Below are positions 35,002 through 45,566 of a stretch of DNA of 64,000 nt, piece by piece. The position numbers were made by a program, and so were the translations under genes. The notes below the pieces were generated by a model. The model ran no database searches, had not been told where the DNA came from, and saw nothing but the letters and a program-made list of their open reading frames with translations. Each line of letters begins with the position of its first letter. Within the stretch, counting starts at the first letter, position 1. The stretch comes from Octopus bimaculoides (lineage: Eukaryota): the NCBI RefSeq assembly GCF_001194135.2, contig NC_069000.1, positions 7,515,061 to 7,579,060 of the forward strand, read 5' to 3'.

Positions 35002-38000
35002 AGATAGAGAGGGAGAGAGAGAGATAGGAAGAGAGATAGATAGACGGATATGGCTAAATGGTAGGTGAGAGATGACAAGGTGACAGGTGGTAAATGGCAG
35101 GTGATATATGATTAGATGATAGGTGACAAATGACAGGGATTGATGACAAATGACTAATGAAAAGATAACAAATGACTGATGACAAGATGACAAATGACAC
35201 AGGCAAGGTGACTATGACCAGATGACAGGTGACAAGTGACAAGTTAAAGATCTTACGGTCAAGAACATTGAGTATCAGTTGCACTATTGGGCCACTCGAT
35301 GGAGGTGGTGTTGCCATTACTTGGTCACCGTTGGACAATCTCGTCCTTAATGAGGCTGGAAACTTTACATTATAAGAGGTGAGGTCACTCAAGGACATAA
35401 GAGATCCTGAAAAATAAGGGCAACAAGAATAACAGCATCAATGGTTTCTTTATGAAACATAAATCGATTTTGTTTGTCAACTGGGGCCTTGAGTAAGTGC
35501 CTTCTACTATAGCCCTGGGCTGACCGAATTGTCATGAGGGGATTTGGTAGAGAGAAAATGAAAGAAGTCCTCTGTGTGTGTGTGTGTGTATGTATGCATG
35601 AGCACATACACACACACATACATATATATATGTGTGTGTGTCTATGTATAGACACACATATGTGTGTGTGTGTATTTGTTAACATTTGTGCTTCAATGAA
35701 CTGCATGAGCTACAAGAAGGGATGAAGATGATGATGATAATAATTATATATATATAACTTGGAAATAACTTGGAAATAAGGAAAAAACAAAACACAAAAG
35801 AAAACATTTGAGGAGTGTGCATAGTGATTCATACTTCCCTCACAGATCAAGTTTCATAAAAGAGTGACAAAAGTCTGGTCCATGTGAATATTTTGTCACA
35901 GATCTTGTTAATATGATATTGTAATATAAAGGTGCAGCTAGCTGGCAGAACTGTTAGCATGCCAGGCAAAATGCTCAGTAACATTTTGTCCATCTTTATG
36001 TTCTGAGTTCAAATTCTGCTATGGTTAACTTTACATTTGACGGATATTTGTCCTCATCTTGTTTGTTGTTAACACAACGTTTCGGCTGATATACCCTCCA
36101 ACCTTCGTCAGGTGTCTTGGGGAAATTTCAAACCCGGGTTCTCATTCCTAACGATGTTACTATTATTATTGTATTATTATTATTATTATTATTACTATTA
36201 TTAATCAGGTCGCTGCCGTGAATCGAACTCGGAATCTTGGGGTTAGTAGCCCGCGCTCTTAACCACTACACCATATGCCCTGACGAAGGCTGGAGGGTAT
36301 ATCAGCCGAAACGTTGTGTTAACAACAAACAAGATGAGGACAAATATCCGTCAAATGTAAATAATGTAAATAATTCCTCATCTCTTAAATATAGAACTGT
36401 GAGGTTAACTTTGCTTTCATCCTTTTGTTATTTTAACCCTTTAACATTCAGATTATTCTGCCAAATGTAATGCTTATTTATTCACATTGTTTTGAATTAA
36501 TCATGTATTGTCTCATAGCTTTGAGATATCGATGAAGTGATTGTATATTTCTAGAATAACACTGTTGGGTAGATGTGAGTGGTTGGATCTGGCCAGTTTG
36601 AACCTAAAATAGGTAGAATATTTGGGTCTGATATAGCCAGTTTAAATGCTAAAGGGTTAAGGGTCCATGAAAAGCTTTGGTTTATATGTATAGCAAGAAA
36701 CAATTATGTTTCTTTCTCTAACATTTTACATAGTTCAGCCTATACAAGTGAATGAGCGAATAACGAAATAGGAATTTTGAAAGAAGTATCTACAAAATTA
36801 GTTTTTAAATATCGAATGGCTATGGGGGTCCACCAGAATAAAATGGTAATCAAAGGGGTCTAAAGGTAAAAAATGGTTGAGAATTACCATCATCACCATT
36901 TAATGTCTGTTGTCCATGCTGGCATGGCTTGGATGGTTTGACCAGAGCTGGAAAGTTAGGGAGCTGCACCTGCCTCCAGTCTGGTTTGACATGGGTTTTA
37001 CAGCTTGATGCCCTTCCTAACGCCAACCAATTTACAGAGTGTGCTGGGTGATTTTATGTGGCACCGCTTACTCTAAAAAATAAAAGTGATGTAAATAAAC
37101 CAGAACTTGAACTCACCTTCACCAGCTTCTCTCAGATCTTCAACAATGGCATTAGACAAGGAGCCATTATACACAGCAAGAAATCCTTCATCAGAGATTA
37201 TCCTCAATGTTTTTGCTAGTTTTGGGTGTTTCATGAGATCTCCTTCTTGATAAACACGTCTTGTTGCCTCATTGACATACAGCTCTCTGATTGGACAAAA
37301 TCAATGCAACATATTGATATTACTTATATCTTCAACACTACTATCAATAATATCAAATATCAGGTGATATTATGAATGCATATAAGCTAAGAAGATGAAA
37401 ATATATTTAATATTAGCTAATATAAGTAGGGTATTATTGTTTACAGGTTATATAGGGCTTATATAATGAGAAAAGCTGCATGTATAATGAGAAAAGCTGT
37501 ATATAAAACGATAAAACCCTTGAAACAAAAAGATCCCATAAACAATAATACCAGATCTCTATTTCACTTACCTGAGTAGGGGCTGATCCTTAATTTCAGA
37601 CTCCATTTCTTTGAGGGTATTAGCCAATGAATGCGACACATTAAAACCTTGTGTTGCAAGTTGTATCACAGGAACAAACAAGTGTTTCCATGGTAATGAG
37701 CCATACATCTGATGTGCCTGCCATAAACCGTACAGTTGCCCAGGAACAGTCACTGATGAAGGACCTACATCGATTGGAAAGGTCATAGGAGTAAGAGGTG
37801 TACTGAGAGGGGGAGATTCTGGCTGAGATGGTCATGTGACTGTGTATAATTCAGAAAGTATTGTTGTGGTTGCTAAGGGAACACTCTAGTCAGTTGGTAT
37901 TATTAAGGGGAATAGAGTTGGAAAATCAAATATGTGGCATCATTTCACAGATCCATTGCATTGACATATATATGACATAGTTTGGTCTCTATATTGACCA

Positions 38001-40649
38001 TCAGGTTGTGTTTAGGCTGTTGGGTGGTTGTAAAGGCATGCTGTGTGGTAGTGAGAGCATGATGGTGTGTGTTAGTGAAGGAAAGTTGTGCTGTGTGTGA
38101 GGGCATGTTGTGTGATACCGAGGGTATGTTGTACTGCAGTGGAGGGTAGCTTGCATGTTAGTGAGAGCATGTTGTGCATAGAGAGGGCATGCTATGTGAT
38201 ATCGAGGGCATGTTGTACTGGAGTGAGGATATCTTGTATGGTAGTGAGATCATGTTGTGTGGTTGTGAGGACATGGTGCTTTGTGGTGAGGGCACAGTGC
38301 TTTGTGATGAGGGCACGGTGCTTTGTGGTGAGGGCACGGTGCTTTGTGGTGAGGGCACGGTGCTTTGTGGTGAGGGCACAGTGCTTTGTGGTGAGGGCAC
38401 GGTGCTTTGTGGTGAGGGCATGTTGTGCGATTGTAAGATCATGTTGTGTGGTAGTACAGTATAGTGTATGGCAGTAGTGTTACAGAATAGTGTCTAGGGA
38501 CGTTAGCATTAGTGTTTAATCACATGTCTGATCTATGATGAAAGGTGTCCCAGTCATGGCCATCCCATTTTTGTTTAAAACATTACATTATTCTAGATGC
38601 ACATGACACTTTGAGAGGGGTAAATAGATTGCTGGATACAGAGAGAGAGGGGGAGGTGGAGAGAGAGAGGCAGACACACAGATAGGTAGAGGGGTAGAAG
38701 TAGTGTAGTTACCTGTCGGACGAGACATATTCTTCAGGCTAGTCACATGATACGGTGATTTACCAGAGGCATCTATGATGACATTCTTCTGAGATTTACT
38801 GCAACAACGACAACATCATGATCAGAACAATGCCTTTTGAGGAAATTTGGCTGATGGAAGCACACACACACACACACACTTATATACACAAATAATGGGC
38901 GTCTTTCATTTTCTGTCTACCAAACCACAAAATTTTGGTTGACTTGGGGGTCATAGTAGAAGACATTTCTCAAAGTCCTTTTTTTAGTGATGATGATGAT
39001 GATGATGATGATGACAGTATCGATTGTGATGCTGCAGCAGATGATAGTAGTTGTGATGATGATGATGATAATGATTGTGATGATGATGTTGATGATGGTT
39101 GTGATTATGGTGATAGTGATGGCAGCAAGGACAATGATAGCAATAGCGATGAGATCACAGAAACAATAACCATAGCAACAACAAAACTGAAAATGAAAAA
39201 GAAAAAAAAAGTATATTTTAAGACTAACCTCTCCCTCCCCCATCACCTCAGGTCCAAGGGAAGGACACAGTACACTTGATAGGTGTTGTGTTAGTAGTTA
39301 TCGGTTCAAGATTCTGACAGTGATCTTCGAACAGAACCAGAAGAAGAAAAGAAGATGAAATGAGAGAATATTCTTGGACAGAGCAAGAATGGTTTGGAGT
39401 TAGTTTGTGGTAAAAGTAAGGGAAATGTTGAACTGACCTGTCATAGATATTCATAATCAAACTGCCTCCGATTCCAGTGGACATTGGTTGGTCGAGTGCC
39501 ATACAGACCAAAGTGACAATCACAGAATCAATTGTGCTTCCGTTCTTCTCTCTCAGAATTGACCTGTTAAAACACATGTAGAATTGGAGATATTTTAAGG
39601 ATGTTGATACTGTAGATATATATCAATATTTAAATATATACTGGTGGTGCCCCAGCATGGCCGCAGCCTCAAAGCTGAAACATAGAAAAGAATAAAAGAA
39701 TAGTACATATACAAATATTGTCGGTCTGTTAGATAGTATGTAAAACAAATGATAGAGATGGAAAACACAGGAAACTGTCATTTGTTTTATACTCAATGTA
39801 TACAGAGGAATTCCTGAGGTAGATCCAACAACAGTTGTGTAATTACCGTGGGTGACGTCAGGTAACCATAAGCAGTGAATGTGCTTCATTAGTGTACTAC
39901 AAGGAACATAGCCAACACTCAAATATTAACTTATATTCATCATCATCACCACGATCATTTAATATACATTTTCCATGCTGGCATGGGTTGGATGGTTTGA
40001 CAGGAGCTGGTAAGGCCAGGAACTGCACCAGGCTCCATTATCTGTTTTGACATGGCTTCTATGGCTGGATGCCCTTCTTATTGCCAATATTGTAAATATG
40101 TAATATTTTATGCATACTAAAAGCACTCTGTACATTCTGTAAAGTGGTTGGTGTTGGGAAGGACATCCAGCCATAGAAACCATGTCAAAACAGACTGCGG
40201 AGCTTGGAGCAGTCCTCTGGCTCAGCAGCTTCTGTCAAACCCATGACACTATGGAAAACAAATGATAAATGGTGATGATCATCATCATTGTCATTGATAT
40301 TGCACATATTCCAACAATGTAGATACATAAATATTGCAAGTATATGAATATTATAAACACATAATTATTGTAAAGATGTAAACATTGTAAATGTCAATAT
40401 TATAAAGATATGTTTGGAAGATGAAATTACTAGTGTAGGGAGGCAAAAAGATAATCTTAACAAGAGAGAATTACTTACATGCCAAGTTGGGAACACATAG
40501 ATGAATCACTTGTGATTACTGCCTGGTTGTATTCCAACAATTTGGAACTAGATATGGCAAAGTGGAATCTGCTCTTTTGGATCAAGTAGAAGTAACAGAC
40601 GAGGATCATAGCAACCAACACTCCAATGGAGAGGACAGCCAACTTTCCT
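31897..40649 (-). CDS. GGT1-like: Gamma-glutamyltranspeptidase / glutathione hydrolase family protein with type II membrane anchor and atypical substrate pocket
   Basis: Exons: 40479-40649, 39438-39563, 38713-38798, 37572-37764, 37117-37286, 35257-35406, 34656-34795, 34021-34208, 33252-33495, 32684-32797, 31897-32040 (1726 nt, in phase). Signal anchor KLAVLSIGVLVAMILVCYFYLI, STGIGGS, VTVPGQLYGLWQAHQMYGSLPW, cleavage motif G|TTH, GASGGT, and C-terminal DYRSGAVPAGF*. The start-codon exon is uncertain. Confidence 0.93.
32853..33240 (+). mobile_element. Tc1-like transposon 5' fragment (TIR plus HTH-coding region)
   Basis: TIR CAAGGGTTGGACAAAATAATGGAAACACC; ORF 33034 MTDLSNFQSSQIAGACMAGTSITKTAKMFGVSRSTVSKV. 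Confidence 0.9.
34290..34570 (+). repeat. (CAT)n/(CAC)n low-complexity tract
   Basis: Seen directly; intronic in the GGT-like gene. Confidence 0.9.
36033..36402 (-). mobile_element. Non-autonomous retroelement with a tRNA-like head, (AAT)n, hammerhead-bearing tail and 82-bp inverted arms
   Basis: Arms 36031-36112 and 36279-36360 (one mismatch); 10-bp TSD GGTTAACTTT at 36023-36032 and 36403-36412, inside a family B SINE. Confidence 0.8.
36068..36116 (-). ncRNA. Type I hammerhead ribozyme motif, minimal Penelope-like form
   Basis: GACAC CUGACGA A GGUUG-loop-CAGCC GAAAC GUU GUGUU: stem I 5 bp, stem II 5 bp, conserved core. A second core without stem I lies on the plus strand at 36280-36320. 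Confidence 0.6.
36437..36656. mobile_element. piggyBac-type MITE
   Basis: TTAA|CCCTTTA...TAAAGGG|TTAA. Further copies at 45854-46062 (also TTAA-flanked) and about 47958-48147. Confidence 0.8.
38085..38460 (+). repeat. 21-bp minisatellite (GTGAGGGCACGGTGCTTTGTG)
   Basis: About six near-perfect units at 38280-38420 with degenerate flanks. Confidence 0.9.
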
Positions 40650-40965
40650 CTGTAAGTCGCATAAATAAATAAATAAATATGAATGCATACATAAACACAC
40701 ACACACACATGTATTCCAGCAGAGGTACATGACATGAATTTGAGACCAAATATGTAAGAACATTACTTTTTTGTATGTGGTTATAATTCATATATTTTTC
40801 ATAGTAAGGCAGATACATGTCTAAAGTTAGAATATTCCATGTTTCTCTTATGCATAAACCGTTTTGAGACTGTGTTTATTGATAATCTTAACTGGTTGCA
40901 GCATGAAAGCTGCAGCCATACAGGGGCACCAACGTTGGCTTTGCTACACCTTCATTATTTGAAAC

Positions 40966-41036
40966 CTCCTCTCAAAAGTGGCATTTGGTGAATGAGGGAG
41001 TTTGATGCTGCTGCCCTCCTCTGTGTTTCCTGCCAT
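40966..41036 (-). CDS. Candidate first coding exon of the GGT-like gene (MAGNTEEGSSIKLPHSPNATFER)
   Basis: ATG at 41036 opens 71 nt ending in phase 2, which matches the phase of exon 40649 and gives ...FERR-GKLAVL. The donor AG|GTTTCA is weak. Confidence 0.4.
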
Positions 41037-41730
41037 GTGGTAGGCTCATCCGGAACCCTTGACAGGAAGAGATCCAGTTTGGTGCATGTGTGTGCATGCA
41101 TGTGTGTGTCCGTGTCCGCACTTAACAATATAATAATCCTATTTAGAGACAGTAGAGCTAAAACATAAAACTTACCTTTTAGTACAATGCATGCTGATAG
41201 GAACAATATGCCTCCAGTGTTGTAGGGGTTATTTGGAGTTCTTAAAGACACTTGCTGTTGTTGTTGTTGTTGTTGTTGTTGCTGTTGTTAAAGTGCTAAT
41301 TCTTCAGTTGTCTTTGGAGGTCATAAAACAACTAGAATGCAATGCAAGTCTAATGATCTCTCCCACCAACCACCACCACCACCACCACCACTTTCATTCA
41401 TCATCATCTCTGACACAACTATCACCATCAGCGAGATTCCTTCATCATCAGTGCCACCATTATCGACTACCCCCTGGCGCTGCCAATACCATCACCCCCA
41501 TCTCCAAACTTCTTCATTGCTACCACCACCAATTGCTACCCCCACTCGACACTACCACCATCTGAAACATCACTGCCATCATCATCAACAGCAGCAACAC
41601 TGCAGTCTCTTGATTTTTCCTCATTACCACCACTAATGCAGCTGATATTCTATATCTTATATTTGTACAGATTTATATATATATATATATATATACATAC
41701 ACACACATATATGTATACACACACACACAC

Positions 41731-41763
<33 letters not shown>

Positions 41764-41847
41764 TATACATATGTATATGTATATACATATACACATATAT
41801 ATATACATACACACACATATATATATATACACGTACACACACACACA

Positions 41848-42042
41848 CAGAGTCTACCAAAAAAATGTATACACACTTCAGGAAATGAAAACTCTGTATA
41901 AACATTTTAATTCAGTGTTATTGCAATTTATTCAGATTTATTGCAATTTGATAAAACATCAAAAGAGGTCTTTATATTTATAGGGGTACTTATACAAGTT
42001 AAATATTTAAGCAGATTTTTCCTCTCCTGGAGTGTGTATACA
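41848..42042. mobile_element. Tc1/mariner-type MITE, right end in a gap
   Basis: Left TGTATACACACT and right AGTGTGTATACA inverted termini. Confidence 0.55.
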
Positions 42043-42068
42043 NNNNNNNNNNNNNNNNNNNNNNNNNN

Positions 42069-42116
<48 letters not shown>

Positions 42117-42559
42117 ATATAGGTTTTGTCATGCAAACAGGGAAAATGGAACTCAAAACATAACTAGATATATATTTTTATTAATATTTAACAGAAGTAA
42201 GAGAGAGGCTCAAGTTTGGTAAGTGCCAATGCATGAAACTCTCGGCCCTTGAGTCACTCTCTCGCTTCTGGTAAATATTAATAAGAAAAATATATATGTA
42301 TATATATATATGTATACACAGCTATACTTTATGTGTGTGTTTGTATGTATAGATTCACCTGTGTGTCTTGTGTGTGTACATGTGTATTTACGTGCACAGG
42401 TGTGTATTAGACCTATCCAACCCATGCCAGCATGGAAAAACAGATGTAAAATGATGATGAATGTACAATGAAAATAAATGTGCAGATGAGTGCGTATACA
42501 CACACACGTATGTATATTTAATATTGTACTAATTTGGCAGTGTTCTTTTCTATGGTCTT

Positions 42560-42820
42560 ACTGCTGCCACCGCCACCACCACTGACCCCCACCGTCACTA
42601 CCACCACCATCAATCTGATTCACCACTGCCACCACCACCACCACCACCATCAATCTGATTCACCACTGCTGTCACCACCACCACCATCAATCTGATTCAT
42701 CACTGCCGCCACCACCATCAATCTGATTCACCACTGCCGCCACCACCATCAATCTGATTCACCACTGCCGCCACCACCACCACCATCAATCTGATTCACC
42801 ACTGCCACCACCACCATGGT
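42560..42820 (+). repeat. About 30-36-bp minisatellite (CCACCACCATCAATCTGATTCACCACTGCCG)
   Basis: Five to six units, with length varying in the number of CAC triplets. Confidence 0.9.
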
Positions 42821-43203
42821 GCTGTAAACCATCACCTACCCCCACCCCCACCCACTATCCTTAATCTGATGAAATAAAATGTAAAACAGATCAGATCCCT
42901 GACTTCCATTGTTCTAATAAAATTTCTCTCATAATGCCACCACCTGTACTATTACCCCCACTACTACCATTGCTGTGGCTGCTGCTGCTGCTACTACTAC
43001 TACTACTACAGCTGCCATACCACTACTGCTACTATAACAACTAAAGTACCATCTGTACAACTACCACCATACTATTACAACCATACCACTAACACTACTA
43101 CCACCACAACAACCACTACTATTACTACTACAATAGCAGCTATACCACCAACTGGACTATCACCACCTCCACCACCACTAATCAGTTACTCGGTATATAT
43201 ATG

Positions 43204-43255
<52 letters not shown>

Positions 43256-44167
43256 TATAATCAAATATAGACACATGTATACATGCATCATCATCACCAT
43301 CATCGTTTAACATCCACTTTCCATGCTGGCATGGGTTGGACGGTTTGACTGGAGACTGGCAAGTCAGGAGGCCACACTCGGCTCCAATCTGATCTGGCAA
43401 AGTTTCTACAGCTGGATGCCCTTCCTAACGCCAACCACTCCGAGAGTGTAGCAGGTGCTTTTTATGTGTCACCGGCACGTAAATATATATATATATAGAC
43501 AGAAAAACTAACTAAAATAGACTACCATATTTGCTGGTATATAAGACACACTCTTGCAGAAGATGCAACCTTGCTTTTACAAGTATATTTTCATCGTACA
43601 CTCACACACTCAGTCTCTCACCCAAAACACAGTTGAAGTTGACACATGGCAATTTTTTGTTACATTTAAGAGTTTGAAAAGTGCATCTTAAACGCCATCG
43701 TATACAATAGCAATACAAAATTAAAAGAAAGATACAGGAACGTTTCAGACATGTTATCCTTTATTAAGAAAAACAGAGAAGGAAAAAAAAACGTATCTTA
43801 AAAATACAAGGAAAATAAAGATATTTATCTGTTACTTGTTTTAGTCATTAGAATGCAGCCATGCCAAGACACCGCCCTGAAGAATCTTAGTCAAACAATT
43901 ATATTTCAGGCCATCTAATCAATTTCTTACAACCCCAACTGTTTGCTAAATAATTAAATATATTGCTTGTCTATAAACATTTTAATAGTTTAAATATATT
44001 CACTCACATTCAAATATTTCCAGTCTCTTTCTTCTCGTCTATGTAATATTTATCTCCAGCATATATTCATTTACTTCACACATACTCTTTTTTCCCCTCT
44101 TCCTATCATTAAACATGTACATATAGATATATATAATATACAAATATATACAATATTACACACACAC

Positions 44168-44210
<43 letters not shown>

Positions 44211-44229
44211 CATACATATTGTGTGTGTG

Positions 44230-44267
<38 letters not shown>

Positions 44268-45430
44268 CACACACACGCACAATATTTCTTTCCAATAGTT
44301 CTTCTGTTACAATTTCGATGATTTGATAGATGAAACTACAGTAAATTGTAGTTATAGATTTTTCAGTTTTATTAATTAAATATGTGTGGGTGCGAGTACA
44401 CAGGTGAATGTATATACAACATACAATACATATATATATATACATGCATATATCTATATATACACACACACACAAGCACACGTAATACAAATCATAAACA
44501 AGTTATGAAGATTGATACCAATTATCAGTACTAATCAATAAATTTTCATTAATCTAACAGTAGACAGAAGTGGTGGTTGGTGTTAAGCTGTAGTGATGGT
44601 GGTGAAGATAGTAATAATAGTAGCAGTAGTAATAGAAGTGTTTGCTAACTCTTTTAAATATTAGATACCTCATACCAGATACTCACCGTTCTACATGGTG
44701 AAAGTACATGGCCTAGAGGTTAGGGAGTTGCACTCACAATCGCAAAATCAGGGTTTCACTTGCTGGACTGGGCAGTATGTCCTTGAGAAAAACACTTAAA
44801 TGAATAACTCTGCAATGGACTGCAATCCAGTGTTGTGACTTCAACCACTTATAGGCCATTGAAACCGGCCCTATAGGGTTCCAGGACTTGAGTCAGTAAA
44901 TGCTTAGGGATTGATGCTAATGACTGTTGTTCTAGATGTGTTGTTGATGAAGGTACATGGCTTGATGGTTAGGATGTTCAACTTACAATTCTAAGGTCGT
45001 GAGTTCAATTTCTGATGGCGTGTTTTGTCTTTGAGCAAGACCCTTTATTCCATGTTGCTCCAGTTCACTCAGCTGGCAAAAATGAGTAGTACCTTCATTT
45101 CAAAGGGTCAGCTTTGTCATATTCTGTCTCATGCTGAATCTCCCTGAGAACTATGTTAAGAGTATGTGTGTCTGTGGAGTGCTCAGCCACTTGCACATTG
45201 ATTATTTGAGCAGGCTGTTCTCTGATCAGATCAACCGGAACCCTTGTCATCGTAACTGACAGAGTGCCAGTTATGTGTTGTTGACATACCACACACAGCC
45301 CTCCAACCACTGTCCAATCCAATAATATCACACAATCCTCTGATCACTGTCCACTACAATAACATCACACACCCCTCAGACCATTGTTCATCCCAGTAAC
45401 ACCAAAACAATATCGACTGACAAAATTAAA

Positions 45431-45436
45431 TTTATT
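45431..45436 (-). terminator. Likely MRPL39 polyadenylation signal
   Basis: AATAAA on the minus strand about 130 nt downstream of the stop codon. Confidence 0.6.
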
Positions 45437-45566
45437 CAAATATCTACAAAAGAATATAAAACTGAACTGAAATATCTTGAGTGGAGTCGGAGGATTACCA
45501 CTGTAAAGTTGAGTGTTCAGGATTAACAAAAGAATATCATTGGGTACAGTGTAGCAAGGCTTGACA

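Noticed and set aside
36205-36280. Functional tRNA gene
   Set aside because: A and B boxes are present, but the acceptor stem does not close well, the apparent anticodon ACT is not a normal eukaryotic Ser anticodon, and it lies within a TSD-flanked insertion.
42560-42820. CRISPR-like array (also 38085-38460 and 56047-56190)
   Set aside because: Contiguous tandem units without unique spacers, no cas genes, and a eukaryotic context.
44680-44700. Minus-strand donor ACG|GTGAGT between MRPL39 and the GGT-like gene, suggesting read-through
   Set aside because: Upstream sequence is SINE-derived with no acceptor or frame support, and isolated donor matches are expected by chance.
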